This document shows positions 32,886 through 41,583 of a DNA stretch of 64,000 nt, piece by piece. The notes under the pieces were generated by a model. The model did no database searches. It worked only from the letters and a program-made list of their open reading frames with translations, and was not told the origin of the DNA. The stretch spans positions 52,413 through 116,412 of the forward strand of contig JBFMCP010000004.1 in NCBI GenBank assembly GCA_040754455.1, written 5' to 3'. The position numbers and the translations under genes are program-made. The first letter of the stretch is position 1. Every line of letters starts with the position of its first letter. The DNA is from Nitrospirota bacterium (GTDB taxonomy: Bacteria; Nitrospirota; Thermodesulfovibrionia; Thermodesulfovibrionales; Dissulfurispiraceae).

Positions 32886-33292
32886 TGTTCAACAGGATCA
32901 TTCTTATAGGAAACCTCACCAAGGATCCCGAGGTCCGGTATACGCCAGGCGGAACACCCGTCGCGACGATGCGGCTGGCGGTCACCTCCAAGTACAAGCA
33001 GGGTGACGAGGTAAAGGATGATACGCTGTTCATTGATGCCGTCGTTTTCGGCAAGCAGGCGGAGAGCTGTGGCCACTATCTCGCAAAAGGCAATCCGGTG
33101 CTGGTCGAGGGGCGTCTTCGCGAGAGGAAATGGGAGACCGAAGGCGTTCAGAAGAGCAAGGTTGAGGTCGTCGCAAGCAATATAAGGTTCCTGCCCAAGC
33201 GGGGAGACCAGCCGCGTCAGGCCCGCACCGGGAGCACGGATATGTCCGATACGGCGCCGCCTGACGAGATGACCGATTTGGAACCGTTTTAG
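32885..33292 (+). CDS. ssb: Single-stranded DNA-binding protein
   Basis: LIGNLTKDPEVRYT, VEGRL, acidic tail ending PF. Confidence 0.96.
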   Translation: MFNRIILIGNLTKDPEVRYTPGGTPVATMRLAVTSKYKQGDEVKDDTLFIDAVVFGKQAESCGHYLAKGNPVLVEGRLRERKWETEGVQKSKVEVVASNIRFLPKRGDQPRQARTGSTDMSDTAPPDEMTDLEPF

Positions 33293-33374
33293 AGAAAAAT
33301 GCAAAATTAAAAGATAAGAATTCAAAATAAATGAGTTCACTATTTTTTAATTTTGCTCTTTAAATTTTAAATTT
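33293..33374. repeat. AT-rich dyad element (copy 4)
   Basis: 33319-33374 is a close reverse complement of 34179-34232. Confidence 0.75.
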
Positions 33375-33392
33375 ATTAAAAAGGGAGCTATT

Positions 33393-33617
33393 ATGCAACA
33401 GAAGAGATTTCAGAGGAGAAAATTCTGTAAGTTTTGCGCCGATAAAGTGCCGTTTATAGATTACAAGGATCTCAAGATGCTGAGAGGATACATGACCGAG
33501 CGCGGAAAGATCCTGACGAGAAAGATGACCGGCACCTGTGCCACCCACCAAAGGGAGTTGACGGGTGCGATCAAGCGGGCACGGTTTATAGCGCTCCTTC
33601 CTTTCATGGAAAAGTAG
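33393..33617 (+). CDS. rpsR: 30S ribosomal protein S18 (Zn-binding C+ form)
   Basis: [29 protein letters not shown]. Confidence 0.97.
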   Translation: MQQKRFQRRKFCKFCADKVPFIDYKDLKMLRGYMTERGKILTRKMTGTCATHQRELTGAIKRARFIALLPFMEK

Positions 33618-33618
33618 C

Positions 33619-33900
33619 ATGCGGATACCGAAGAGCTGGGTTCCCGTTATCGCGAAGCGGATTGTTGACAATCTTATCAGCAAAGGGCTTATCGAGCCCG
33701 CGATTCCCGTTAACGACCTCACTGCAGAAGCAGAACGGCTGCTCCTCGATGAGCTGATGGTTGAGGACCGGCTCAATGACGAGGTGCGGCAACTCTTGAA
33801 AAAATACGAATCCGAAATCGAGAAGGGGAGGCTCGATTTCAGGAAGCTCTTCGATATGACCAAGCAGAAGCTGGTGCGGGAGAGGAACATCGTCCTATGA
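33619..33900 (+). CDS. DUF507 family protein
   Basis: EDRLNDEVR.LL, DFRKLF...K.KL. Confidence 0.75.
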   Translation: MRIPKSWVPVIAKRIVDNLISKGLIEPAIPVNDLTAEAERLLLDELMVEDRLNDEVRQLLKKYESEIEKGRLDFRKLFDMTKQKLVRERNIVL

Positions 33901-34175
33901 TGCTTTCTGACGATAAGATAACCCATATGACTTATGTTCTGTTGAAGGGGCTGATGGATAAAAATCTGATCATCCTGAAAGAGGATGACAGCCTGCTCAG
34001 GAGAGAGATTAAGAGGACCATCATCAACGAGCTGAAATTCGGGGAAGAGCTCGATGGGGTGGTGCGGCAGAAGCTCCAGTCCCTCTCGAAGAAGCCGGTG
34101 GAAGGGAGCCCCGAGTGGGATGTGATGTACAAGAAGTATTTTGAAGAGGAAGAGATAAAGAAGGGGAGACGGTAG
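33897..34175 (+). CDS. DUF507 family protein (second type)
   Basis: MLSDDKITH, EGSPEWDVMYKKYFEEE. Confidence 0.75.
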   Translation: MMLSDDKITHMTYVLLKGLMDKNLIILKEDDSLLRREIKRTIINELKFGEELDGVVRQKLQSLSKKPVEGSPEWDVMYKKYFEEEEIKKGRR

Positions 34176-34258
34176 CTCAAATTCAAAGTTTAAAGAGCAA
34201 AATTAAAAAAATGGGCTCATTTGTTTTGAATTTTTCATTTTGCTTTTTTAATTTTATT
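34176..34258. repeat. AT-rich dyad element (copy 5, inverted relative to copy 4)
   Basis: aaattcaaagtttaaagagcaaaattaaaaaaatgggctcatttgttttgaatt. Confidence 0.75.
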
Positions 34259-34263
34259 GTTGG

Positions 34264-34566
34264 ATGTTTATATCGGATGTTTCATCAGAGTATGTGAAGA
34301 GAGAGCGGAGCATCGCCCGCGAGCTCCGGAAGAGCGCTTGGTGGAAAAGAAAGTGCGCCGAAGGGCGCTGCTACTATTGCGGCACGAGGGTATCTGCTAA
34401 AGAACTTACGATGGACCACCTGGTGCCGCTTATTCGCGGGGGCAGATCGGTGAAGAGCAATATTGTTACTGCCTGCAAGGAGTGCAACAATAAAAAGAAG
34501 CATATGCTCCCCAGCGAATGGGAAGAGTATCTCGTGCGTCTGGATTGCGATGAGAGGTCCCTTTAA
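34264..34566 (+). CDS. Small HNH endonuclease family protein
   Basis: CYYC, TMDHLVP..RGG, CKECNNKK. Confidence 0.88.
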   Translation: MFISDVSSEYVKRERSIARELRKSAWWKRKCAEGRCYYCGTRVSAKELTMDHLVPLIRGGRSVKSNIVTACKECNNKKKHMLPSEWEEYLVRLDCDERSL

Positions 34567-34895
34567 CCTGCTCTTTTGGCGCTCGGGTGAGCGGTTGGCG
34601 TACTGATCCCGGCATGACGAGCGTTCTGCCGTATCCCTGTCTGCAAAGTCTCCTTTCCCCCTTCCATTTCTCCCTTGGATACGCCCCGGCACCTCTGAGG
34701 TAGCTGTATATTTACTTTCACCAGAGAAGTGGTTTAATCTTAAGAGTATGGCTGTGTTGTACATCGGGGGCATACACCAATCCTCTAAAATAATAAAAGA
34801 GGCCTTCCGATGGTAAAAGGGGAGAAGAGCGAGTGCGTGGAAGTAGTTCCCGTCATTACTGCCTGTCAGACGACGTTCCGGGGAGTACAGTGCGT

Positions 34896-35837
34896 ATGAA
34901 AAGAAAAGGTAAGCCGCTTTTATCGATTCTGCTCATTGCGCTTCTGGTAGTCTGCAGCAAGGACGATACGGCACTGGCGTGGACTGAAGGCGCCGGTACA
35001 AACGCAGGTGCGGGCAAAGAATACACGCTCTCCATCGGGCTTATCCCGGAACAGAATATTTTCAAGCAGATGGAGCGCTATGAGCCGCTTGCCACCTATA
35101 TCGGGAAAAAAGCGGGGATAAAAGTCAGGCTCGTTACGCTGCCCCACTATGGAAACAGTATCGACCACCTTGCCTCCGGCCGCATCGACGCGGCCTTTTT
35201 GGGAAGTTTCGTCTACGCCCTTGCCCGTGCAAAGCTCGGCGTTGAAGTGCTTGCCCGACCCGAATATGTCAACGGCGTTTCCTCCTATCACGGTCTTCTC
35301 CTGGTACGGAAGGACAGCCACATCAAGTCGGCGAAGGACATGGCAGGGAAGCGGTTTGCCTTTGTCGACAGGGCGACAACGGCCAGCTACCTTCTGGCCC
35401 TGACCTATTTCAAGAAACACGGGATTGCAGACTACCGGACCTATCTGAGAGAGTTTTATTACGCCGGCACCCACGAAGATGTCATCTATGATGTGCTCAA
35501 CAAAAAGGCGGATATCGGAGCGGCTAAGAACACGGTCTATGAACGTCTTGCCCGCGCCGACAGCAGAATTGCCAATGAGCTCATGGTTGTTGGAAAGTCT
35601 GCTTCAGTGCCGGAAAACGGTTTGACCGTGCGGAAGGGGCTCGATAAATCGGTCAAGGATAAACTGAAAGAGGTGCTCCTCACCATGCACTATGATCCCC
35701 AGGGGCGGGAGGTGCTGAAGAAATTCGGGGCGCAGCGGTTTATCGAGACGACCGATGCCGACTACAGGCCGGTCTACAAGTATGCCAGGGAGTTGGGATT
35801 GAACCTGCAGAAATGTCCTTACCATAATCAGTTATGA
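34896..35837 (+). CDS. PhnD-fold periplasmic oxyanion-binding protein (orphan, no transporter nearby)
   Basis: IGLIPEQN, GKRFAFVDRATTASY, THEDVI; N-terminal export signal. Confidence 0.85.
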   Translation: MKRKGKPLLSILLIALLVVCSKDDTALAWTEGAGTNAGAGKEYTLSIGLIPEQNIFKQMERYEPLATYIGKKAGIKVRLVTLPHYGNSIDHLASGRIDAAFLGSFVYALARAKLGVEVLARPEYVNGVSSYHGLLLVRKDSHIKSAKDMAGKRFAFVDRATTASYLLALTYFKKHGIADYRTYLREFYYAGTHEDVIYDVLNKKADIGAAKNTVYERLARADSRIANELMVVGKSASVPENGLTVRKGLDKSVKDKLKEVLLTMHYDPQGREVLKKFGAQRFIETTDADYRPVYKYARELGLNLQKCPYHNQL

Positions 35838-37672
35838 AACAGAAGATTGTTATAGGGCTCAGCATTTTCACAATCGTTTTCCTGCTCGGCGGCATCTACA
35901 TCATCACCACTATCGAAAGGGCTACCTCGACGCTGGACAACCTTATAAAGCTCCACCAGGTCGAGATACTGAGAGAGCACCTGCTGATCCAGGTCAAAAT
36001 GGTGCAGTCCGACCTGAATCTCAAGAACACGCGCTATGCACGGAGTATTGACACGGTCACCATGCATGTAAGGAATATGGAGAAGGTGGCAAACGCCTGT
36101 TTCAAATGCCATCATTCCGGGGAGGTGGAGGCCCGGCTCAGAGACCTGAGCAGCCTGGTTGAGCAGTACAAGGCTGCGTTGAGCAGGGCGCTGACTATGC
36201 GGGCAAGCACCGAGCGGCTGGCGGCAGAAGAACACAACGCGTTTACCATAGGAGAGGATCTGATTGCCAAGGTCAATACAATGATCACCATGGCGAGCAG
36301 CAAGCTCGAAGAGAAGACGCAGTCGACGCTCGACGAGATCGCGGGCACCAAGTCGATGCTCTTCATTCTTCTCGCGGTAGGTCCCCTGCTGGCTGCGGGA
36401 TTGACGTTTGTCTTTATCAGGGCCTTTACCAAACCGGTCAATGTGCTCTATGAGGCGACCCAGAGGATAAAGACCGGCGATCTTGACCACCGGGTCGAAG
36501 GGCTCAAGGACGAGTTCGGAGCGGTTGCAGCCTCCTTCAATGATATGGCGGTCTCCCTGAAGGAGCATATGCACCGGATCGAAGAGAGCGAGAAACGCTA
36601 CCGTACCCTGTTCGAGAGCGCCCGGGACGCCATTTTTATCCTTGAGGCCGAAGGGGAGCAGGCAGGGCGCATTATCGCTGCCAATAAAGCAGCGGCGGCA
36701 ATGCACGGATACTCTGTCGAGGAGCTCCTGGCGCTCCATATTACCGACCTCGATACTCCTGATGCCGCCATGGCAGTCCCCGGGCGGATCAAAAGGATTC
36801 TGGATGGGGAGTGGATCAAAGCGGAGATCACCCACCGAAAAAAAGATGGAACAGTCTTCCCCGTCGAGGTGAGTGCCGGCCTGCTCGAGCTCAAGGATCA
36901 TAAGTATATTCTCGCATTTGACAGGGATGTCACGGAGCGGAAGCAGGCGGAGGAACGCCTCCAGCAGACCGAGCAGTTGAAAATGTGTGGGGAGTTCGCT
37001 GCGGGGCTTGCCCATGAGATCAAGAACCCCCTTGCAGGGATCAAGGTGACGATGGAGGTCCTTTCCGAGGAGCTTCCGATACCTGAGCAGGACAAGGATG
37101 TCCTGCTGAAGGTCATTGCCGAGATACGGAGAATAGAGCTGCTGATACGGGACCTGCTCAATTTCGCGAAGCCGCCGAAGCCCCAGCTCATGCAGGTGGA
37201 TATTCATAAGGCCCTCGATGCCGCAATCACCTTTTCAGTAAAAAGTCCTTCCTTCTCAACAGAGGGACCCAAGGCAATATCCATTGTCAGGAACTTCGCG
37301 CCCCGGCTCCCCGAAACCATGGCCGATCCCATGCAGTTGCAGCAGGTGTTCCTGAATCTCCTGTTGAATGCGGCGGATGCAATGCCGGAAGGAGGCACGC
37401 TCTCGGTCCAGACCTCGTACGATCAGGAGAAGTCCGCCATATCCATCGAAATTGCCGATACCGGTAAGGGCATCGACGAGAAGGCCATGGAGAGCATCTT
37501 CAAACCCTTCTTTACCACAAAGCCGAAGGGTACCGGCCTTGGTCTGGCGATTACCAAGCGGCTCATCGAGCAGCAGGGCGGCGTCATCTCTGCTGAGAAC
37601 AGACCCGGCGGAGGGGCGGTATTCACCATCGTGCTTCCCGTTAAAAAAGAGGAAGAGGTAGTGCCGGCATGA
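35834..37672 (+). CDS. Sensor histidine kinase with periplasmic CxxCH, HAMP and PAS
   Basis: CFKCH between two TMs; AHEIKNPL; ATGA overlap with the upstream gene. Confidence 0.9.
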   Translation: MKQKIVIGLSIFTIVFLLGGIYIITTIERATSTLDNLIKLHQVEILREHLLIQVKMVQSDLNLKNTRYARSIDTVTMHVRNMEKVANACFKCHHSGEVEARLRDLSSLVEQYKAALSRALTMRASTERLAAEEHNAFTIGEDLIAKVNTMITMASSKLEEKTQSTLDEIAGTKSMLFILLAVGPLLAAGLTFVFIRAFTKPVNVLYEATQRIKTGDLDHRVEGLKDEFGAVAASFNDMAVSLKEHMHRIEESEKRYRTLFESARDAIFILEAEGEQAGRIIAANKAAAAMHGYSVEELLALHITDLDTPDAAMAVPGRIKRILDGEWIKAEITHRKKDGTVFPVEVSAGLLELKDHKYILAFDRDVTERKQAEERLQQTEQLKMCGEFAAGLAHEIKNPLAGIKVTMEVLSEELPIPEQDKDVLLKVIAEIRRIELLIRDLLNFAKPPKPQLMQVDIHKALDAAITFSVKSPSFSTEGPKAISIVRNFAPRLPETMADPMQLQQVFLNLLLNAADAMPEGGTLSVQTSYDQEKSAISIEIADTGKGIDEKAMESIFKPFFTTKPKGTGLGLAITKRLIEQQGGVISAENRPGGGAVFTIVLPVKKEEEVVPA

Positions 37673-39057
37673 GGAGCAAGGGGAGAATCTTCCTTGTCGA
37701 TGACGATGAGCTCATCATTGCGATGCTCTCGAGGGCGCTGAAGAACGAGGGATACGAGGTCATTGCAGAAACCACCACTCATGGCGTTGTCAAGAATATA
37801 AGGACAAAAGCCCCCGATCTCGTCATGCTCGATATCAATCTGCCCGGGCAGAGCGGTATGGATATCCTTCAAGAGATAAAAGGGGACGGGATCACTGCAC
37901 AGGTGGTGATGCTGACCGCCGATGACACGGCTGAAACTGCGGTGAAGGCAATGAAGCTCGGCGCAGCGGACTACCTTACCAAACCCTTCAATGTGGAAGA
38001 GGTAAAGATCGTCATCAATAACATCCTCGAGCGGGAGCGGCTCAAGGAGGAAGTGGATTACTTCAGAAGGATATGTTCCGAGCTTTTTGAAAAGGAGATC
38101 ATCGGGCAGTCGGAATGCGTTAAAGAGCTGAAGGCGCGGATTGAGAAGATCGCCCAGGCCCGCGTCTCGACAGTGCTGATCACCGGTGAGAGCGGGACGG
38201 GAAAAGAGCTTATGGCCCGACAGGTCCACCGTCTGATCCATGGTGATTGCTCTGCCACCTATGCGCCCTTCATCAAAGTCAACTGTGCAGCTCTGCCTGA
38301 GCCGCTCCTCGAGAGCGAACTTTTCGGCTATGAGAAGGGGTCGTTCACCGATGCGAAGACCGACAAGAAGGGTCTTTTCGAGCAGGCGTCCGGCGGATCG
38401 ATACTGCTCGACGAGATCGGCGAAATGCGGCTCAGCCTTCAAAGCAAGCTGCTCCGTGTCCTTGAGGAGCGGACCCTGCGGCGCATCGGCGGGAGCGAGG
38501 AAATCCCCCTGGAGCTGACCGTGATCGCCACGACCAACAGGAATCTCGGCGAGGCAATGGAGCAGGGTGATTTTCGAATGGACCTCTTCTACCGGTTAAA
38601 TGCTTTCTCTCTCTATATAGCGCCGCTCAGGGAGCGGAGGGAGGATATTCCGCTCCTGTCTGCGCATTTCCTCTCTTCCTTTGCTGCAAAGTACAACAAG
38701 AAGGCGATCAAGGGTTTTTCTCCTGAAGCCGAACGCCTCATGGTGAACTATGGGTGGCCGGGCAATGTGCGGGAGCTGAAGAACGTCATAGAGCGTCTGG
38801 TCGTGCTCGAAAATACCGAGGTGATCCTGCCCGAGCACCTGCCAAAAGAGATACTGTATCAGGCAGCACCTGCCCTGCAGTATCAGGCCCGTAGCTTCGT
38901 CATGCCTGAAACAGGGATATCACTGGATGAGCTCGAAAAAGATTTGATTCAGCAGGCCCTGCGGATGGCAAAGAACAACAAGACCACTGCAGCAAAACTG
39001 CTCAATATAAGCTACGATTCCCTCAGATACCAGATCAAGAAATTCAGGTTAGACTAG
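37669..39057 (+). CDS. Sigma54-dependent response regulator
   Basis: REC, GESGTGKE, GSFTDA variant of GAFTGA, HTH. Confidence 0.92.
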   Translation: MRSKGRIFLVDDDELIIAMLSRALKNEGYEVIAETTTHGVVKNIRTKAPDLVMLDINLPGQSGMDILQEIKGDGITAQVVMLTADDTAETAVKAMKLGAADYLTKPFNVEEVKIVINNILERERLKEEVDYFRRICSELFEKEIIGQSECVKELKARIEKIAQARVSTVLITGESGTGKELMARQVHRLIHGDCSATYAPFIKVNCAALPEPLLESELFGYEKGSFTDAKTDKKGLFEQASGGSILLDEIGEMRLSLQSKLLRVLEERTLRRIGGSEEIPLELTVIATTNRNLGEAMEQGDFRMDLFYRLNAFSLYIAPLRERREDIPLLSAHFLSSFAAKYNKKAIKGFSPEAERLMVNYGWPGNVRELKNVIERLVVLENTEVILPEHLPKEILYQAAPALQYQARSFVMPETGISLDELEKDLIQQALRMAKNNKTTAAKLLNISYDSLRYQIKKFRLD

Positions 39058-39435
39058 AAAGCCCTTATTCTCACCGCCGAGGGCTTTTTCAGCGATGCCC
39101 TTTATCTGGAAGAGATCAAAAGGTTTGGGGACAAACATGTAGGCACCGCTGTCAATCTCGTGCTTCATGTGTTCGTTGAGTACGCACCCTGATATGACGG
39201 TGACTTTGGTGTCAGGGGAAAGCTCCTTGATTTTTTTCATGATATCCAGTCCATTGGCGTCGGGGAGATTGATATCGAGAAAACAGAGCTCGTAAAAGCT
39301 TGAGCCGATCTCGGCGAGGGCCTCCTCTCCTGTCTTGACCGCTTTCACCTCGACATCTTTCCCTCTGAGAGCCCGCAACAGGCCATAGCGGATCAGGGTC
39401 TCGTCATCGACAATTAAAATTCTCTTCATCTGCAA
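39049..39435 (-). CDS. Single-domain response regulator (CheY-like)
   Basis: ILIVDDE, FLDINLPD, KPF. Confidence 0.88.
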   Translation of the reverse strand: MQMKRILIVDDETLIRYGLLRALRGKDVEVKAVKTGEEALAEIGSSFYELCFLDINLPDANGLDIMKKIKELSPDTKVTVISGCVLNEHMKHEIDSGAYMFVPKPFDLFQIKGIAEKALGGENKGFLV

Positions 39436-39501
39436 CCTTTCATGGTACTTACCAGCATTCCCCAGCTCGTTTGGACATACGTGTGGTGGTTAGAATTAAT
39501 A

Positions 39502-39517
39502 AGCAAGTGTTATGCCA
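39502..39517 (-). promoter_or_regulatory. Sigma54 promoter for the CheY-like gene
   Basis: Reverse strand reads TGGCATAACACTTGCT. Confidence 0.8.
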
Positions 39518-39711
39518 TTCTGGAATCTCTTTCATGATAACCGTATAACTATAATGTTTAGGTTCATCTAAGGGAAAAAGACAGATCGGTGAAAAAACCG
39601 CCTGCCTACAGAGGCACGTTGGCTTTACATGAGACCTCCCGAAGGAGACTATTTTAATATCCAAATTAAAATAATAACTTATATAATATCTCCTCTTGTT
39701 TTTTGCCGGTC

Positions 39712-39747
39712 CGGTGAAAAGACCAGACTTGCCTGGTCTTTTCACCG
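39712..39747. promoter_or_regulatory. Perfect 15-bp inverted repeat, putative activator binding site
   Basis: CGGTGAAAAGACCAG-acttgc-CTGGTCTTTTCACCG; related site CGGTGAAAAAACCG at 39587-39600. Confidence 0.7.
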
Positions 39748-39810
39748 AAATATTGAGGGGAAAGTAGCATCTGAACATTAAAACTATTGAAATTTAATAT
39801 TAATAAATCC

Positions 39811-39826
39811 AGGCACACCACTTGCT
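39811..39826 (+). promoter_or_regulatory. Sigma54 promoter for the multiheme cytochrome
   Basis: AGGCACACCACTTGCT, GG-N10-GC. Confidence 0.75.
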
Positions 39827-39987
39827 TGTGGCAAAGTTGCCGAAATGCGCAGTTTCGAAATGCAAAGCCCCGGAGAGGGCTCAAGGGAGGTGGTTGCAGC
39901 GAGGCGTTTACAAAAGGGAGGGTGAAAACTCGACAAGTTTTGGTTCTTTTGACACAGTCTTAGTGAAACGAGTTTGAAGGAGGCTCA

Positions 39988-41037
39988 ATGAAGACAACAA
40001 AAATGTTAGTAGTATTGGCAGTAGTGGTAGCGATCGTAGCATCGTTCTCAATCGTCTATGCAGGAAAAACACCGCCGCCGACCACCAATCTTATCGTTGG
40101 CCGCCCGGCAAAGGGAATGTACTGTGCTGATCCTGCCGGCTGGATTAACGCAGGTTACAATATTTATGTCTGGGGTAATGCAACACCGGTAAAAGCCCAG
40201 GTCTATGATGCAGAGGGCTATCTGCTGCTTCCCGCCACCGGCGTGACCTGGACCGTGCAGGGTACCGGCGAAACCGGCACCATGACAGTCGGCGATTCGA
40301 CCAATAAAGTATACACTGCCACGCCGAAGAGCCTGGCGGCAACCAATATTTTCACCGGCGACTCGAATATTACCTACACCGCCGACGGCAAGAGCTTCAG
40401 CGGCGTTATCAGGAGATGGAATGCAAAGTGCGACGGCTGCCATTCCGTACCGCCGCCCCACGCCATCCAGAATGCAGGCAGCGCCGGCACCAGCACCTGC
40501 CGTAACACTGCCTGTCATGCGGAGTTCGGATCCAAGATGATGTCGTCACATGCCTACAGGGTTCCTGTTGCCGAGCAGACCACGTCTGACGGCTGCTACC
40601 GCTGCCACCCGAGCCCCTGCTACGGCGGAATCCACAAGGACAAATTCCCGAATGACTCCATCGGTTGCGTAACCTGCCACGGCAGTCTTGCCGACGGTGC
40701 TGTCGGCCAGGGCAAATGGCCCGGCCAGCTCGGCTTCCCGAAGTGCCAGGACTGCCATGTGAGCGCACCTGATCAGCCTGTTCCTTACGCCACGAACACC
40801 GGCGTAGAGTACAAGAGCTCGGTGGGCCACGGCAGGAAGAGGAGCAGCCTTCCGAAGAACCTCTGCATTACTTGCCACAACTCCATGCACATGGAGACGA
40901 AGCCGATGAGCTGGGGTGACGGCGTGAACAACAACTGCCAGGTATGCCATAAGAACAAGCCCACGAACAACAACATGGGTCCTGTCTGCGGCAACTGCCA
41001 TGTTGATTCGTTCAACCCGCATCTTGTTGTGAAGTAA
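39988..41037 (+). CDS. Exported multiheme c-type cytochrome (7 CxxCH plus 1 CX4CH)
   Basis: Signal peptide; CDGCH, CRNTACH, CYRCH, CVTCH, CQDCH, CITCH, CQVCH, CGNCH. Confidence 0.9.
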   Translation: MKTTKMLVVLAVVVAIVASFSIVYAGKTPPPTTNLIVGRPAKGMYCADPAGWINAGYNIYVWGNATPVKAQVYDAEGYLLLPATGVTWTVQGTGETGTMTVGDSTNKVYTATPKSLAATNIFTGDSNITYTADGKSFSGVIRRWNAKCDGCHSVPPPHAIQNAGSAGTSTCRNTACHAEFGSKMMSSHAYRVPVAEQTTSDGCYRCHPSPCYGGIHKDKFPNDSIGCVTCHGSLADGAVGQGKWPGQLGFPKCQDCHVSAPDQPVPYATNTGVEYKSSVGHGRKRSSLPKNLCITCHNSMHMETKPMSWGDGVNNNCQVCHKNKPTNNNMGPVCGNCHVDSFNPHLVVK

Positions 41038-41066
41038 AAGCTTTATTGACAGTAGAGGAATATCAT

Positions 41067-41100
41067 AAAAAAGGCCGCACTCGAAAGGGTGCGGCCTTTT
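41067..41100. terminator. Bidirectional intrinsic terminator
   Basis: AAAAAAGGCCGCAC-tcgaaagg-GTGCGGCCTTTT between convergent genes. Confidence 0.88.
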
Positions 41101-41126
41101 ATTGGTGCGGGTAAGGCTGGAGATCG

Positions 41127-41504
41127 TTATTTCTTTTCTTTGGTGATCTCCACTGCAATCATCTTGCCGAGCTTCCCTTCATAAGGTACGGACACCCTGT
41201 CTCCGACCTTAACATCTTTCAGACTCTTGTAACCGTTAAGCTTCGCTTTGCTCACGTCGAAGAGCATGGCCAGGTCGGTCTGCTCTCCTTTCGGCCCTTC
41301 TTTATTGACAATTATTGTTTTGGCCTTTTTGTTTACTTTGGAGACTACTCCTCTGTAGATATACTCTTGTTTCTTTCCCTCTTTTTTTTGCTCTGCTTGT
41401 TGGACCGGGGCTTTTTGTTCTGTCTGCTTTTCCTCGGCAAAGCCCGCTGCGACGAGTCCCGTCGTGGTGAATAGTGCTAAGGCGATTATTCCGATCCTTC
41501 TCAT
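41127..41504 (-). CDS. Exported Lys-rich small beta-barrel (OB-like) protein
   Basis: Signal peptide; LKDVKVGDRVSV pattern; AAGGAGG RBS. Confidence 0.65.
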   Translation of the reverse strand: MRRIGIIALALFTTTGLVAAGFAEEKQTEQKAPVQQAEQKKEGKKQEYIYRGVVSKVNKKAKTIIVNKEGPKGEQTDLAMLFDVSKAKLNGYKSLKDVKVGDRVSVPYEGKLGKMIAVEITKEKK

Positions 41505-41583
41505 CCTGCAAGCCTCCTTCTCCTCTCAATTCGCTATAAAGCGTTGTTCATGATTTTAGCATAACTGATTTATACCTTCAGCT

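Noticed and set aside
14222..34258. AT-rich repeats as a CRISPR array or MITE
   Set aside because: Dispersed and degenerate, with no repeat-spacer periodicity, no cas genes and no clear target duplications.
34264..34566. HNH protein as a homing or defence nuclease
   Set aside because: Small stand-alone HNH with no intron, methylase or mobile context.
34896..35837. Phosphonate ABC transport (phnD)
   Set aside because: No phnC/phnE nearby; translational coupling to a kinase points to sensing.
39830..39905. c-di-GMP-I (GEMM) riboswitch-like words GGCAAA...GAAA...GCAAAGCC
   Set aside because: The stems do not pair as required, and the motif would start before the predicted sigma54 TSS; an Infernal search would settle it.
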